Origin: Octopus bimaculoides
Taxonomy: Eukaryota
Assembly (NCBI RefSeq): GCF_001194135.2
Contig: NC_068983.1
Location: 33,886,680 to 33,942,258, forward strand
Length of the DNA: 55,579 bases
Reading direction: 5' to 3'
How positions within the stretch are numbered: the first letter of the stretch is position 1; each line of letters opens with the position of its first letter. Of this stretch, positions 26,670 through 39,789 are shown in pieces. Position numbers and translations under genes: made by a program. Below the pieces are notes generated by a model, which saw nothing but the letters and a program-made list of their open reading frames with translations, was not told the origin of the DNA and ran no database searches.

Positions 26670-29104
26670 GCATGTATGTATGTTTGTATGACTTTATATT
26701 TACATATATGCACCCTGTGTGATAAATGGGGTTGTGTGAACATATTGGGTATGGAATTTCATTTATGGATGTCGGTTTACTTGATAACAAAATATGTTTT
26801 AAAACGAGTTTTTCAACTATCCGCGTGTATATTTGTCTAATTAAAAACATTTACCACTTATATTCAAGATTATGCTATGCGTTATACTTTTCGTTAATTC
26901 TGTTCTTCAGACTGTACAGTAGGGGTCTCTGTAATAATTACCTTGCATAATGTGCACTTTATTGTGATTTGTCATGTGCGTTATCTTCCTGTCTGACAGG
27001 GAACAGGTCCGCTGTACAACAAAGGTTGAGGACAACTGGTGGACATTGTGTTTTCAAGGGAAATCTGATTATTTGTAGCAGTTTGAATACACAGGAAGAG
27101 GTACCCTAATATATATATGTACATACATCTTTCTCATATATATATATAAGCTCATAAAGGGATGATTACATCCAAGAAATCATTGGTTCAATACCAAATA
27201 TATTTTTGGGAAATAAAATTTCCCTAAATCAGTAGGTTTATATTATGCATATAATCCGTATTCACTTAAAAGCAGTAAAGAAAATCGTGAGTTGAAAGTT
27301 GATAATTATTTATTGTGATGATACTTCGTACTTCCTACAGCTGTTTCAATTGTGTTTATTAAATAAATTAGAAATTTATGGTTTAAATTTGCATTTGTAG
27401 GGTTAAACACAATATCATCACGGAAAAAGATATGCAATAAAAGATTACAGTCTGACCTCTTAGTTCATACTGGCTGACTAAGTATATGGAGTTATTTTAT
27501 TTTTTATTTTTGTGTGTGTGAGGGATAACGGACTAATTTGAATATAATAAGAAAGGATGTAAAATACGTACTAAGGTAGAATAAGTAATATACAAAGTAA
27601 ATACAATAACAATAAAAATAAAAGTTATTAAATATCATATCAATAAGATAAAGATAAAAATAAAGTAAATAGATAAATAAAAGTAGAACAACAATAAAAT
27701 AAGAAAGAACAGAAATGACACCATGTATTGATCAGTGATGATTGGTTGGAGAAATTTAAATGAGTTTACATGTGGTTAAGCGTTTCAGAAAATATCAAAT
27801 TATAACCATTTCACAATATATGCGCATGCGTGGAATTATATAGTAATAAAAGGCTGACAGTTAAAATCACATGCATACATACACACACGCGCGGGCACAT
27901 ATATATATATATATATANNNNNNNNNNNNNNNNNNNNNNNNNNNNNNNNNNNNNNNNNNNNNNNNNNNNNNNNNNNNNNNNNNNNNNNNNNNNNNNNNNN
28001 NNNNNNNNNNNNNNNNNNNNNNNNNNNNNNNNNNNNNNNNNNNNNNNNNNNNNNNNNNNNNNNNNNNNNNNNNNNNNNNNNNNNNNNNNNNNNNNNNNNN
28101 NNNNNNNNNNNNNNNNNNNNNNNNNNNNNNNNNNNNNNNNNNNNNNNNNNNNNNNNNNNNNNNNNNNNNNNNNNNNNNNNNNNNNNNNNNNNNNNNNNNN
28201 NNNNNNNNNNNNNNNNNNNNNNNNNNNNNNNNNNNNNNNNNNNNNNNNNNNNNNNNNNNNNNNNNNNNNNNNNNNNNNNNNNNNNNNNNNNNTATATATA
28301 TATATATATATATACATACATACATGTATGTATGTATGTATGTATGTATGTATGTATATTTATTTGGTCTATTTGTATATCTATATATATATGTATATAT
28401 ATATGTAAGTGTGTTTGCATGTATATGTGGTGTGTGTGTGCAATTTACATATGCTTGCATGTTTATGTGAGTGCGCATGCACGTAATTACACGTCATAAT
28501 AATTTATAGATTAATTTACAAACTAGAAGATATAATTATGGTATATAATGACGAACTCCAACAAAACAAAACAAACACAAATACAATATGGAGTAATGGC
28601 ATGAAATAAAGATGAATATTTTAGCCTGAAATAGCATTATCCATCACAAGAACTCCATAAAGTTCAAACCAATCATTTATCGCAGATCGATAGTAATTTT
28701 GTCCAGTAAATACGAGGTATAACGAGCTAAAAGTTTAAGCCGCCATTCTCGTCATTGACGAAAAACTGATATATATTGCTGGTTAGTAGGGGTTTATGTA
28801 TTTCTGTCACATATATATGTGTATGTGTGTACATATATNNNNNNNNNNNNNNNNNNNNNNNNNNNNNNNNNNNNNNNNNNNNNNNNNNNNNNNNNNNNNN
28901 NNNNNNNNNNNNNNNNNNNNNNNNNNNNNNNNNNNNNNNNNNNNNNNNNNNNNNNNNNNNNNNNNNNNNNNNNNNNNNNNNNNNNNNNNNNNNNNNNNNN
29001 NNNNNNNNNNNNNNNNNNNNNNNNNNNNNNNNNNNNNNNNNNNNNNNNNNNNNNNNNNNNNNNNNNNNNNNNNNNNNNNNNNNNNNNNNNNNNNNNNNNN
29101 NNNN

Positions 29105-29137
<33 letters not shown>

Positions 29138-29147
29138 CACACACATA

Positions 29148-29335
29148 AGGGGGTGCTGAAAAGTTTCTGGCTTTTGGTAACAGAAAATACGGGAGGATCA
29201 ACTATGTTTTTATTCAACATATTCTCCTCTCAGATTCACACACTTATTGCAACAGTCCATCCCTTTTTCTAAACCTTGTAAAAGAACTCAGAAGTTTGTG
29301 CCTCCAACCAGACCTTTCGCGAGACCCTTTCAGCA
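29148..29335 (-). mobile_element. Mariner 3' end (irritans-like) with TIR
   Basis: Minus strand reads LEAQTSEFFLQGLEKGMDCCNKCVNLRGEYVE*. TIR-like agggggtgctgaaaagtttctggc follows a TA. Confidence 0.75.
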
Positions 29336-30650
29336 TCCCCATCGTACACACGCGCGTGCGCGCACACACTCTCATATAGTGACGACTATACTTGTTGCCT
29401 TTCGGTGGTAAATTGCGAATACCCACCTTAATAATTTATAATTCTCACTTCACCATTTTCGGAATCAGTCAATGTTTCCTACGGCGTTCTCTATAAGGCT
29501 GGCAGGGTGACTTAGGTTCTTTAACCCTCTGCAGCGGAGTAATGGGTCACTGGTGAAGATTAATGAAATCTGAAATCATCGATGATATGGTTCCATTTTT
29601 TAGCCATAGGGAGCTTGTCTCCTTTTTCAGTCGTTAGAAAAGTGCTCTCATGTGGCTGAGGGTTGTTTTGACTTTTATTTCTAGCAATGCTGGTGGTGGG
29701 TAACCACCCTCCGTCACTTTAGTGATGATTATACTTGGGATTTTCGGTTGTAAATTGAGAATAGCCACCTTAATAATTTATATATATATATATATAAATA
29801 CAAATGCGTCTGTCGGTCTATGCGTCTGTTGGTCTATGCGTCTATGCGTATGTATGTGTGTTGTGTGTGCGTGCGCCCACCGCGTGTATGTGTGTATACA
29901 TAAGTAACTGAATCAAAGATGAAAGAGTGCATAAAACCAACGTAAACTCTGAACAAGTTAACCATTTGACAGCGGAATTAAATTTCATGTCATTCCTATA
30001 ATGGTGTTAATTATTCACCAGCATTAAGAATTGTGATTTTCTACTTCTCCAAAACTTTTTTTCAACATCTCCTATAGGTACGGTTTTCATATTTACCACT
30101 AAAACTATCTGGATTCCTGCTCTACAGGAAATATCTGATGAAATATGTGAGAAAATTATTAAATATGTGTGAAAATTATTAATTATATGAGAAAATTATT
30201 AAATTAAATGATGGAACATATGAGAAAAATGATCAAATTTGAAATATTAACTTTTGTAAAGAGGGTCGCTCGGTGTATGATCGCTCCTCGCAGCATAAGG
30301 AGAGGTGTTCTCAAAGACCTGGGATAAAACTACTCATTGCTATCAACAGTAATAAAATTTTGTGCGGATTTAATCCGCTTTAAGTGCTTTAAGCTTTCAA
30401 TACAACTGCAGAGCAAATGTTTTTATCTTATAGATTTAAAGTTTTAGTAAAGTCTCTCAAATTTCGCTTATTCCTACATAGCCCGTCTGAAACAGAATCT
30501 ACCTAGGAATTAGCGAAAGCGTTGTTCCTTTGCAAAAATATTTAATCTGTAAAATATACAAGTATATACATAAATGGACACATTATAGATGCACAAGCAC
30601 ATATTAAGAACCTACGAATAAACACACTCAAACTCAGACAGACAGACAGA

Positions 30651-30932
30651 GGCGCATCACTTAATGGTTAGGGCGTTAGACTCACGATCGCGAGATCGTG
30701 GTTTCAGTTCCCAGCCTGGGTGGTGCTTTGTGTTCTTGAGCAAAATACTTGATCTCACCTTGCTCTGCAATCACTTCGACACCTTGCACCTGTTTTAGGC
30801 AACATCCATTTGTCGGAGGTAGTGATCTAATGTACACCACATACATTTGATCACTATAAGCAAATCATTTGTACAGGTTGTTCAGCTGTATCAGCTGAAC
30901 TCTCACGCTTCATCTTCGACCGGAGAATGCAT
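30651..30932 (+). mobile_element. tRNA-derived SINE, third type (CORE/V-like central motif)
   Basis: tRNA-like head ggcgcatcacttaatggttagggcgttagactcacgatcgcgagatcgtggtttcagttccc with A/B boxes, followed by tgtgttcttgagcaaaatactt. The 3' limit is approximate. Confidence 0.7.
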
Positions 30933-31210
30933 CATATATGCATAAACATAAACACAGACACACAGACACACTACACGGGGGTTCAAACACGTATATATGA
31001 TTGTATTCACAAACATTGTAATCTATTAGATGTTTAAGACTATTTTCCTATCATACTGAGTTTGGTGTAAAACAGACCATACTCCTAGTGCTATCTTTCA
31101 AACGATATATATTTCATATCTGTTGAAATTTCAGAAAGAAGGAAAATTTAAAATTCATATGTAAATAATGTATATATATACATACGTACATATATGTGTA
31201 TATACATACA

Positions 31211-31244
<34 letters not shown>

Positions 31245-31362
31245 NNNNNNNNNNNNNNNNNNNNNNNNNNNNNNNNNNNNNNNNNNNNNNNNNNNNNNNN
31301 NNNNNNNNNNNNNNNNNNNNNNNNNNNNNNNNNNNNNNNNNNNNNNNNNNNNNNNNNNNNNN

Positions 31363-31411
<49 letters not shown>

Positions 31412-31559
31412 TCAAGTGCCCGTTACGAATGCCATGAGACAAATGGCTTCCATTAACGTAATTGTAACATGTTAAAAAATTGTGCTTTCAACGTAATTTG
31501 TCCTTCAAATCGATTGATTTGTTATTTTAGAGTTTCAACTACAGGTGAAATTTTAAAAA

Positions 31560-32004
31560 CTGATTTCTCGCTAATAGAGAAACTCCGACAACAAAAGCCA
31601 GCATTGGTCAATGGAAAAGAACTAATTCTTCTCCACGAAAACGCTCGGCCGCATGTCATACAACTGACCCTGCAGAAGTCGAACGAATTGGGATACGACA
31701 CTCTGCCCCATCCGCCATACTCACCAGACCTCTCGCTTACCAACTACCACTTTTTCAAGCATCTCGACAACTTCCTGCGTGAGAAATGCTTCAAAAACCA
31801 AGACGATGCCAAACACACCTTCAACGACTTCATCATCAGAACGCAGGATTTTTGCGTTACTGGCATAAATAAACTTGTTTAGCGTTGGCAAAAGTGTGTT
31901 GATTCTGATGATGTTTATTTCGATTAATAAAGTCTTGTTTGAGCCGAGAAATGTACACCTGAATTTGAAGCTTAAAAACCGCAAGAACTTTCTTGACAAC
32001 CTAA
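31560..32004 (+). mobile_element. Mariner 3' half (Hsmar1/cecropia-like) with right TIR
   Basis: LRQQKPALVNGKELILLHENARPHV..ELGYDTLPHPPYSPDLSLTNYHFFKHLDNFLREKCF..GINKLV*RWQKCVDSDDVYFD*. TIR aaaaaccgcaagaactttcttgacaacctaa followed by TA. Confidence 0.9.
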
Positions 32005-33371
32005 TATTTGCCACGGCTTATAACATGCTTATATAATCCAAAGATATTCATAATACAAACACATACACACACACACGAACACACGCGCGGGCGCACATAT
32101 ATAATGTGAGTGTGTGCGTTTGTCTATAATAAATAGCATCGTGCTATATATATGACACATATAGTAATTATCTCCACTATTCACTATAACCATATAGTGT
32201 AACCAGAAATTTTTGCTTTCAAGATTATTGAATACCACCTCTATTAGAATATGTAAACATAGATATCTATGCTAAAAGTAAAACAAGGTCGGATACGTTT
32301 AACCTCATTTTATTACTATTTTAAATATATTTAAGTAAGATATGGTATTTACCGATGTTATTGAAGATAATTACATTATCTATCTGTCTATCTATCTGCC
32401 TGTCTGTCTATCTATCTGCCTGTCTGTCTATCTATATTTGTATGCACGTATATATATGTGTGTGCGTGTACGCACACGCACCCCCACATATATATGTGTG
32501 TATATATACAAGCATACATACGCACAAATCCATACATATACAGATGTATACGTATGCATATATATTTATGTACGTGTGTGTGCTATCATGACACACACAT
32601 GCAAGGTTATACATAGGAGGTAAAAGAAGCAGACTACTAAATCCAGTCGTCTGGTAGTTATTTTATCTTCCCCTGAAGGATTGTAAGTTGTAAATGAATA
32701 ACAACAGGCCTTATGTGTGTGTATATGTAAGTGTGTGTGTATATATACAAGGTTATATACTTATACGGTCATACAATACAGCGCAAATAAAGCATTAATC
32801 ACCTAAAAACATTGTATTTGAAGCAAAACTATTAAATGCGATTTATGATGCCATCACAGAATAAACCGTTCATGAAAGCTTCAATATTCTTGTAGTATTC
32901 ATTGTAAAGAATGGCAGAAATTTCGAAAGAACCATTACTAGAATACATCTTCAATAAATTTATTTCTTATATCAATTATCTCAGTTTTCGGTCATCTGTT
33001 GTCTTTAGTGGTTTACAGTTTCTATAGAACTAAGATTACATTAAAATGTTGCAACACTTCGGCCGACATGATATTTCTGTATTAAGTGAAATTGCTGAGG
33101 CGGTTACATGTCCCAGTGGGGTTTGTGAAATCATTTAGATGATTACATGTCCCAATGGGTTTCTTCAGTTTGTAGCATTTTCTAATTATTGTTTAACGAC
33201 AAGGGAGATCAATCTTCTTCAGGCGAATCTCGCTAAATTGAGTGACTTTTACGATAAATCTTATTTATTCAAAATGTTTAATGAACTGTGCTACGGCGCT
33301 TCTTGTTTGGCAGAGTTGTTAGAACGTCGGGGTAAAAAGATACCTTCCAACATTTGTTCTGTCTCTTTATA

Positions 33372-33445
33372 TTCTCTGTTCAAATACCGCCGAGGTTAAC
33401 TTTGACTTTCATGTATCCGTGGTCGATGAAGTAAAATACCTGTAA
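33372..33445 (+). mobile_element. SINE family A core fragment
   Basis: gttcaaataccgccgaggttaactttgactttcatgtatccgtggtcgatgaagtaaaatacc matches the B-box plus central module. Confidence 0.65.
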
Positions 33446-34245
33446 AATATCAGTCAGTCTGTGTAATCAGTTATCCCAATGTCCCTAACACTGCAAACTT
33501 TCGGACCCTTTAGAGCACTAAAATACATTTCATGATCTCTCTCTCTCTCACTNNNNNNNNNNNNNNNNNNNNNNNNNNNNNNNNNNNNNNNNNNNNNNNN
33601 NNNNNNNNNNNNNNNNNNNNNNNNNNNNNNNNNNNNNNNNNNNNNNNNNNNNNNNNNNNNNNNNNNNNNNNNNNNNNNNNNNNNNNNNNNNNNNNNNNNN
33701 NNNNNNNNNNNNNNNNNNNNNNNNNNNNNNNNNNNNNNNNNNNNNNNNNNNNNNNNNNNNNNNNNNNNNNNNNNNNNNNNNNNNNNNNNNNNNNNNNNNN
33801 NNNNNNNNNNNNNNNNNNNNNNNNNNNNNNNNNNNNNNNNNNNNNNNNNNNNNNNNNNNNNNNNNNNNNNNNNNNNNNNNNNNNNNNNNNNNNNNNNNNN
33901 NNNNNNNNNNNNNNNNNNNNNNNNNNNNNNNNNNNNNNNNNNNNNNNNNNNNNNNNNNNNNNNNNNNNNNNNNNNNNNNNNNNNNNNNNNNNNNNNNNNN
34001 NNNNNNNNNNNNNNNNNNNNNNNNNNNNNNNNNNNNNNNNNNNNNNNNNNNNNNNNNNNNNNNNNNNNNNNNNNNNNNNNNNNNNNNNNNNNNNNNNNNN
34101 NNNNNNNNNNNNNNNNNNNNNNNNNNNNNNNNNNNNNNNNNNNNNNNNNNNNNNNNNNNNNNNNNNNNNNNNNNNNNNNNNNNNNNNNNNNNNNNNNNNN
34201 NNNNNNNNNNNNNNNNNNNNNNNNNNNNNNNNNNNNNNNNNNNNN

Positions 34246-34284
<39 letters not shown>

Positions 34285-35089
34285 TATATATATATGTATG
34301 TATGCATGTATGTATGTATGTATATATGCATACACATGTTGATCAGAAAATGTCAGCAGGTATGAGACCTGAATATATTCCTTTAACCACTTGATATCAA
34401 TAGTATTACAGCTGCTTCGCAGCCTTCATCATGTAATAATAATTTCACTGTATAATAAATTATTTTATACGTCTGCGTAAATATGCATGATACACATCGC
34501 ACAGTACAATTGTACATTTACAAATCAATGCACATATAGAAGGCTACTTCCTCAGATCACTAGGCTAAAACTTCGATCACGTGACCACAATAGTAATGGC
34601 TATAAGTACGCATGTGCAGAATGCAGTGTGACAATTATAAAGATATGTTATGGCGAAAGTACGCATAATTTTTCACTTCCCTTCGTATATAACCAAACAT
34701 AGAAACGCATAAATACATATAAACAACTTTGAAAGATAAGCACATACATACACATGTACGAAATGGAATGCATACACATATGTACTTATAGAGAATATAC
34801 ATATACAGATACGTACATACATACACACGCCCACATACATACATACGTACATACATACATACATACAGACACATATATATGTATATACATACATACATAT
34901 ATATACATATGCAAATATACATACATATACACATCTATATACATGGACAGAAACATAAACACACACAAATCAAATATAGAGGCAAACATGCCTGTTTATT
35001 TAATGCATAAATTAAATACACACCCATGAACATAAACAGATATGGATACATATATATGCATGAATACATATCAGAATATGGGCGCACAG

Positions 35090-35132
<43 letters not shown>

Positions 35133-36459
35133 NNNNNNNNNNNNNNNNNNNNNNNNNNNNNNNNNNNNNNNNNNNNNNNNNNNNNNNNNNNNNNNNNNNN
35201 NNNNNNNNNNNNNNNNNNNNNNNNNNNNNNNNNNNNNNNNNNNNNNNNNNNNNNNNNNNNNNNNNNNNNNNNNNNNNNNNNNNNNNNNNNNNNNNNNNNN
35301 NNNNNNNNNNNNNNNNNNNNNNNNNNNNNNNNNNNNNNNNNNNNNNNNNNNNNNNNNNNNNNNNNNNNNNNNNNNNNNNNNNNNNNNNNNNNNNNNNNNN
35401 NNNNNNNNNNNNNNNNNNNNNNNNNNNNNNNNNNNNNNNNNNNNNNNNNNNNNNNNNNNNNNNNNNNNNNNNNNNNNNNNNNNNNNNNNNNNNNNNNNNN
35501 NNNNNNNNNNNNNNNNNNNNNNNNNNNNNNNNNNNNNNNNNNNNNNNNNNNNNNNNNNNNNNNNNNNNNNNNNNNNNNNNNNNNNNNNNNNNNNNNNNNN
35601 NNNNNNNNNNNNNNNNNNNNNNNNNNNNNNNNNNNNNNNNNNNNNNNNNNNNNNNNNNNNNNNNNNNNNNNNNNNNNNNNNNNNNNNNNNNNNNNNNNNN
35701 NNNNNNNNNNNNNNNNNNNNNNNNNNNNNNNNNNNNNNNNNNNNNNNNNNNNNNNNNNNNNNNNNNNNNNNNNNNNNNNNNNNNNNNNNNNNNNNNNNNN
35801 NNNNNNNNNNNNNNNNNNNNNNNNNNNNNNNNNNNNNNNNNNNNNNNNNNNNNNNNNNNNNNNNNNNNNNNNNNNNNNNNNNNNNNNNNNNNNNNNNNNN
35901 NNNNNNNNNNNNNNNNNNNNNNNNNNNNNNNNNNNNNNNNNNNNNNNNNNNNNNNNNNNNNNNNNNNNNNNNNNNNNNNNNNNNNNNNNNNNNNNNNNNN
36001 NNNNNNNNNNNNNNNNNNNNNNNNNNNNNNNNNNNNNNNNNNNNNNNNNNNNNNNNNNNNNNNNNNNNNNNNNNNNNNNNNNNNNNNNNNNNNNNNNNNN
36101 NNNNNNNNNNNNNNNNNNNNNNTATATATATATATGTGTGTGTATGTGTGCATATATTGTTGTGTCTAGGGAGAGTCATTATGTCAATATAATTAACACA
36201 GGCATTGGTTCAATTCAATTTCATTCTTTTATTATAAGTCAATTGTTTAAAATACTCAACTAACTAATTGATAATTTACTTTGTTTTGTTTTTATTAGTC
36301 AATGCTCCTTCGTTGCTACTCGCAACCGTTTCAATGATTATTGGTTTAGTCCGTTACAAAGGCTGCGTTTGTCTGGCATAATGACTCTATCTAGACACAA
36401 CAAAACCTGTTTCAACACACGAATTCACATAGGAACTCTTGCAAACCAGATACAAAAAC

Positions 36460-36529
<70 letters not shown>

Positions 36530-36589
36530 AGACCAAAAGTGTACGTACACCGCTATATGTATATATGAAAAAAAGAAACAAAACAAAAA

Positions 36590-36850
36590 TGGACCAAGAA
36601 CGTAACAGGTGACATGAAAACATCCAGATAATTAGACGATACAAAAGAAGACAGGAAAAAAACAAGGAAGGATCATTCGGAGTTTTCTATCGTCAGTCGA
36701 GGTCCAGATTGCCGTTGCCGTTTCGGTCGGCTACACTCGACACTGCTCCAATCTGACCGGACTGAAGAAAATCTAAGCTGAGAGCACTAGATTCTTTGGA
36801 AGAAAGCAAGCGAACGTATACGATAAGCTGGACGAAAAAATCGGAGAAAT
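36590..36850. mobile_element. Interspersed repeat fragment, possibly a Penelope-like terminal repeat
   Basis: Non-simple sequence next to (TA)n carrying hammerhead-like core words on the minus strand. The family assignment is from recall only. Confidence 0.3.
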
Positions 36851-37234
36851 GGTACATTTCTCCGTTTTATATTTATATATGTATGTATGTATACATATTA
36901 TTTTTCTTAGGTCACTCAATTTTTCTCAGTTGATCAATAGAACAATTGAGTAAATCTATCAGTAACGTACCTGTAATGACTACTGGAAACAGCTGTGACC
37001 CAAATTTGCTTCAATAAAGGACCATTAGTTCAAACTTGTTTTATATATATGTGTGTGTGTGTGTGTATGATTGGATGAGAACCGGTCCATTAGAGATGTA
37101 TGTATGTACGTACGTATGTATGTATGCATATGTGTGTGTATGTATGTATGTATGTATGTGTATGTATGTGTGTGTGTATGTATGCCTGCGCATATGTGTC
37201 TTTTTTGCTTGTGTTCTTCTCCCTTCCACCACTT

Positions 37235-37525
37235 GACAACCGGTGTTGATTTGTTTACATTCCCGGAACTTCTCATTTCGGTAAAAGAGGATGACAAAGA
37301 AAAAAATAGCAAACTTTAAATTTAAAAAAAATCAAAACCAGTACGTACTCAAGTCTATTTATTCGACTACACCCGTCAAGGCCGTGCCCCAGCCTGGCCG
37401 TGCCCCAGCCTGGCCGTGCCCCAGCCTGGCCGTGCCCTAGCCTGGCCGCCATTNNNNNNNNNNCGTGCCCCAGCCTGGCCGTGCCCTAGCCTGGCCGCCA
37501 TTTAATGACTGAAAGAACTAAAAGA
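37235..37525 (+). mobile_element. SINE family B 3' portion with a tandem 16-bp amplification in the tail
   Basis: ttgacaaccggtgttgatttgtttacat..; (ggccgtgccccagcct)n at 37379-37497; ends aatgactgaaagaactaaaaga. Confidence 0.7.
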
Positions 37526-37861
37526 CAAATCTTGTTTTAACAGCAATGGCTTCTTTCGTTCTTTTGCCAGTTATTCCAGTTTTTCTTAGTCGTCCCGACT
37601 AAAGCCATGCTGAAGTATAATCGTCAAAATTAATCAGATATCGCCCTCGAGTTTCTTCTTGCCGTCTCCACTTTCGATCAATTTTTGTCTTTTGTGATGT
37701 AGTTTTCTTATTAAATCAGCAAATTCGGGCACGTTACGTACTTCTGAGGAGACTGCTTCAACGCCTGCGCTGCCTTGCCTTGCCTTCGGCCTACCAGAAA
37801 CTGGAAATTAATCGATAAGATTTCTACAGTAATTTTCCCCCACTCCCACTCACTCACTCAC

Positions 37862-37922
37862 TGCGCCGCCGCCGCCACCACCGCTACCACCACCACCACC
37901 ACCACCACCANNNNNNNNNNNN

Positions 37923-37972
<50 letters not shown>

Positions 37973-38041
37973 CACTGCAACTTCTACAGCTACAACTGCT
38001 ACCACGATCACCACCACCACCGTCAAAACCACCGCCACCAT

Positions 38042-38092
<51 letters not shown>

Positions 38093-38104
38093 AATTACCA
38101 CCAT

Positions 38105-38139
<35 letters not shown>

Positions 38140-38275
38140 TTACTACTACTACTACCACTGCAACTTCTACAGCTACAACTGCTACCACGATCACCACCAC
38201 CACCGTCACAACCACCGCCACCATTACTACTACTATTACTACTACTACTACTACTACTACTACAATTACCACCAT

Positions 38276-38316
<41 letters not shown>

Positions 38317-38317
38317 T

Positions 38318-38354
<37 letters not shown>

Positions 38355-38450
38355 TTTACTACTGCTACCACGACCACGACGAAGACCACAGTAGTAGGAA
38401 GAGGAAGATGAGGAGGAGTAGGAGTAGGGGTGGAGTAGGAGGTGGGGGGG
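37862..38450. repeat. (CCA)n/(CTA)n simple repeats containing a tandem duplication of about 183 bp
   Basis: The block caccactgcaacttctacagctacaactgctaccacgatcaccaccaccaccgtca occurs at about 37970 and about 38153. Confidence 0.9.
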
Positions 38451-39126
38451 GATACGTATTTTGCAGCCTATCTCACTCATCTGATCTGAACATGCTGCTT
38501 CAATTATGGTGATGTATATCTATTGTTTCGTCTTCCCGTCTCCGGAAGCGCCGCTACGGCCACCATCGTCATCACCGCCTTACTATGTATCTCTTCCACA
38601 TTGTCTTCCTTGAGTATGTTCTAACTTCAGGCAATTTGATTCTCGTACGTAGAGAAGAAGAAGAAGAAGAAGAAGAAAAAAAAACTATTGTTTAGTTTAT
38701 TTCTTTAGCTTATGAAAACCAGTTTGACGTTCTCGGTATAGCTGTAAGCCTATTGNNNNNNNNNNNNNNNNNNNNNNNNNNNNNNNNNNNNNNNNNNNNN
38801 NNNNNNNNNNNTATATATATATATATATGTATGTTCTTCCATGCCTGTTGTTCTCAAATAGTGCGCTGCAGTGAGAAGTTAGGTGTACCGAAAATTTTTA
38901 GAAACATGGGATAGTGCGTGATGAAGTAACCAGGGTTTCCGTAGCAAAAGGTAAGAACAGAAATAAATTTATACACACGAAAAAGCAGCCAGCCAGCCAT
39001 TAGTTTGCAAGTGTCTTCGTTGTTATTTCGACCGATTGTAACTGCTATTCAGAAGTCGTGATGCAGTAATTTACTCGCTTGCTCTTGTCAGCCATTTGTA
39101 ATGGATGTACATATGTGAAATAATCC

Positions 39127-39334
39127 TTTCTATCGAAGGCACAAGACGTGAAATTTTGGGATAGGGGGACTACTCGATTATATCGTCTCCAGGGCTCAAC
39201 TGGAACTTATTTTACCGACCCAGAAAGGATGAAAGGCGAATTCAACCTCGGTGGAATTTGAACTCAGAATATAAAGGACGAAATGTCGCTATACATTTTG
39301 CCCGACGCGCTAACGATTCTGCCAGCTCACCGCC
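39127..39334 (-). mobile_element. SINE family A copy 1
   Basis: Full head, B-box, central module and the cttgtgcct..gatagaaa tail. Confidence 0.85.
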
Positions 39335-39357
39335 TTGCAACTCTGAAATAATATACT

Positions 39358-39531
39358 TTTCTACTCTAGGCACAAGGCCCGAAATTTTGAGGGAGGGGGC
39401 CAGTCGATTAGTATTTAAGTTATCGACCCCGAAAGGATGAAAGGCAAATTCAACCCCGGCGGAATTTGAACTCACAACATAAAGCAGGACGAAATGTCGC
39501 TTTGCATTTTGCCCGACGTGCTAACGTTTCC
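39358..39531 (-). mobile_element. SINE family A copy 2 (internal deletion)
   Basis: Same head and tail, with the cgaccccag..actgg hairpin deleted. Confidence 0.85.
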
Positions 39532-39533
39532 GA

Positions 39534-39762
39534 TTTCTTTATTGCCCACAAGGGGCTTCACACAGAGGAGACAAACAAGGAAAGACAAACGGATTAAGTC
39601 GATTATATCGACCCCAGTACGTAACTGGTACTTTTTTAATCGACTCCGAGAGAATGAAAGGCAAAGTCGACCTTGGTGGAATTTGAACTCAGAACGTAAC
39701 AACAGACGAAATACCGCTAAGCATTTCGCCCGGTGTGCTAACGTTTCTGCCAGCTCGTCGCC
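39534..39762 (-). mobile_element. SINE family A copy 3 with an alternative 3' tail
   Basis: Head and central module as in the other copies. The tail on the minus strand is ..ccgtttgtctttccttgtttgtctcctctgtgtgaagccccttgtgggcaataaagaaat. Confidence 0.85.
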
Positions 39763-39789
39763 TTCATCTGAAATAATATAGCTTCAACT

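Noticed and set aside
26705-26830. Possible additional Tc1/mariner end
   Set aside because: Only a vague resemblance, with no motif I could anchor.
30651-30725. tRNA gene
   Set aside because: The cloverleaf is degenerate and continues into a SINE body, so it is called a SINE head.
37775-38512. Tyr/His-rich and Ser/Gly-rich ORFs resembling cephalopod structural proteins
   Set aside because: Pure (CTA)n/(CCA)n microsatellite with a local duplication. No reflectin, suckerin or beak-protein motifs.
38862-38950. Exon bounded by an acceptor and a strong AAG|GTAAGA donor
   Set aside because: Stops in all three frames. It could only be non-coding, and such donor words are expected by chance.
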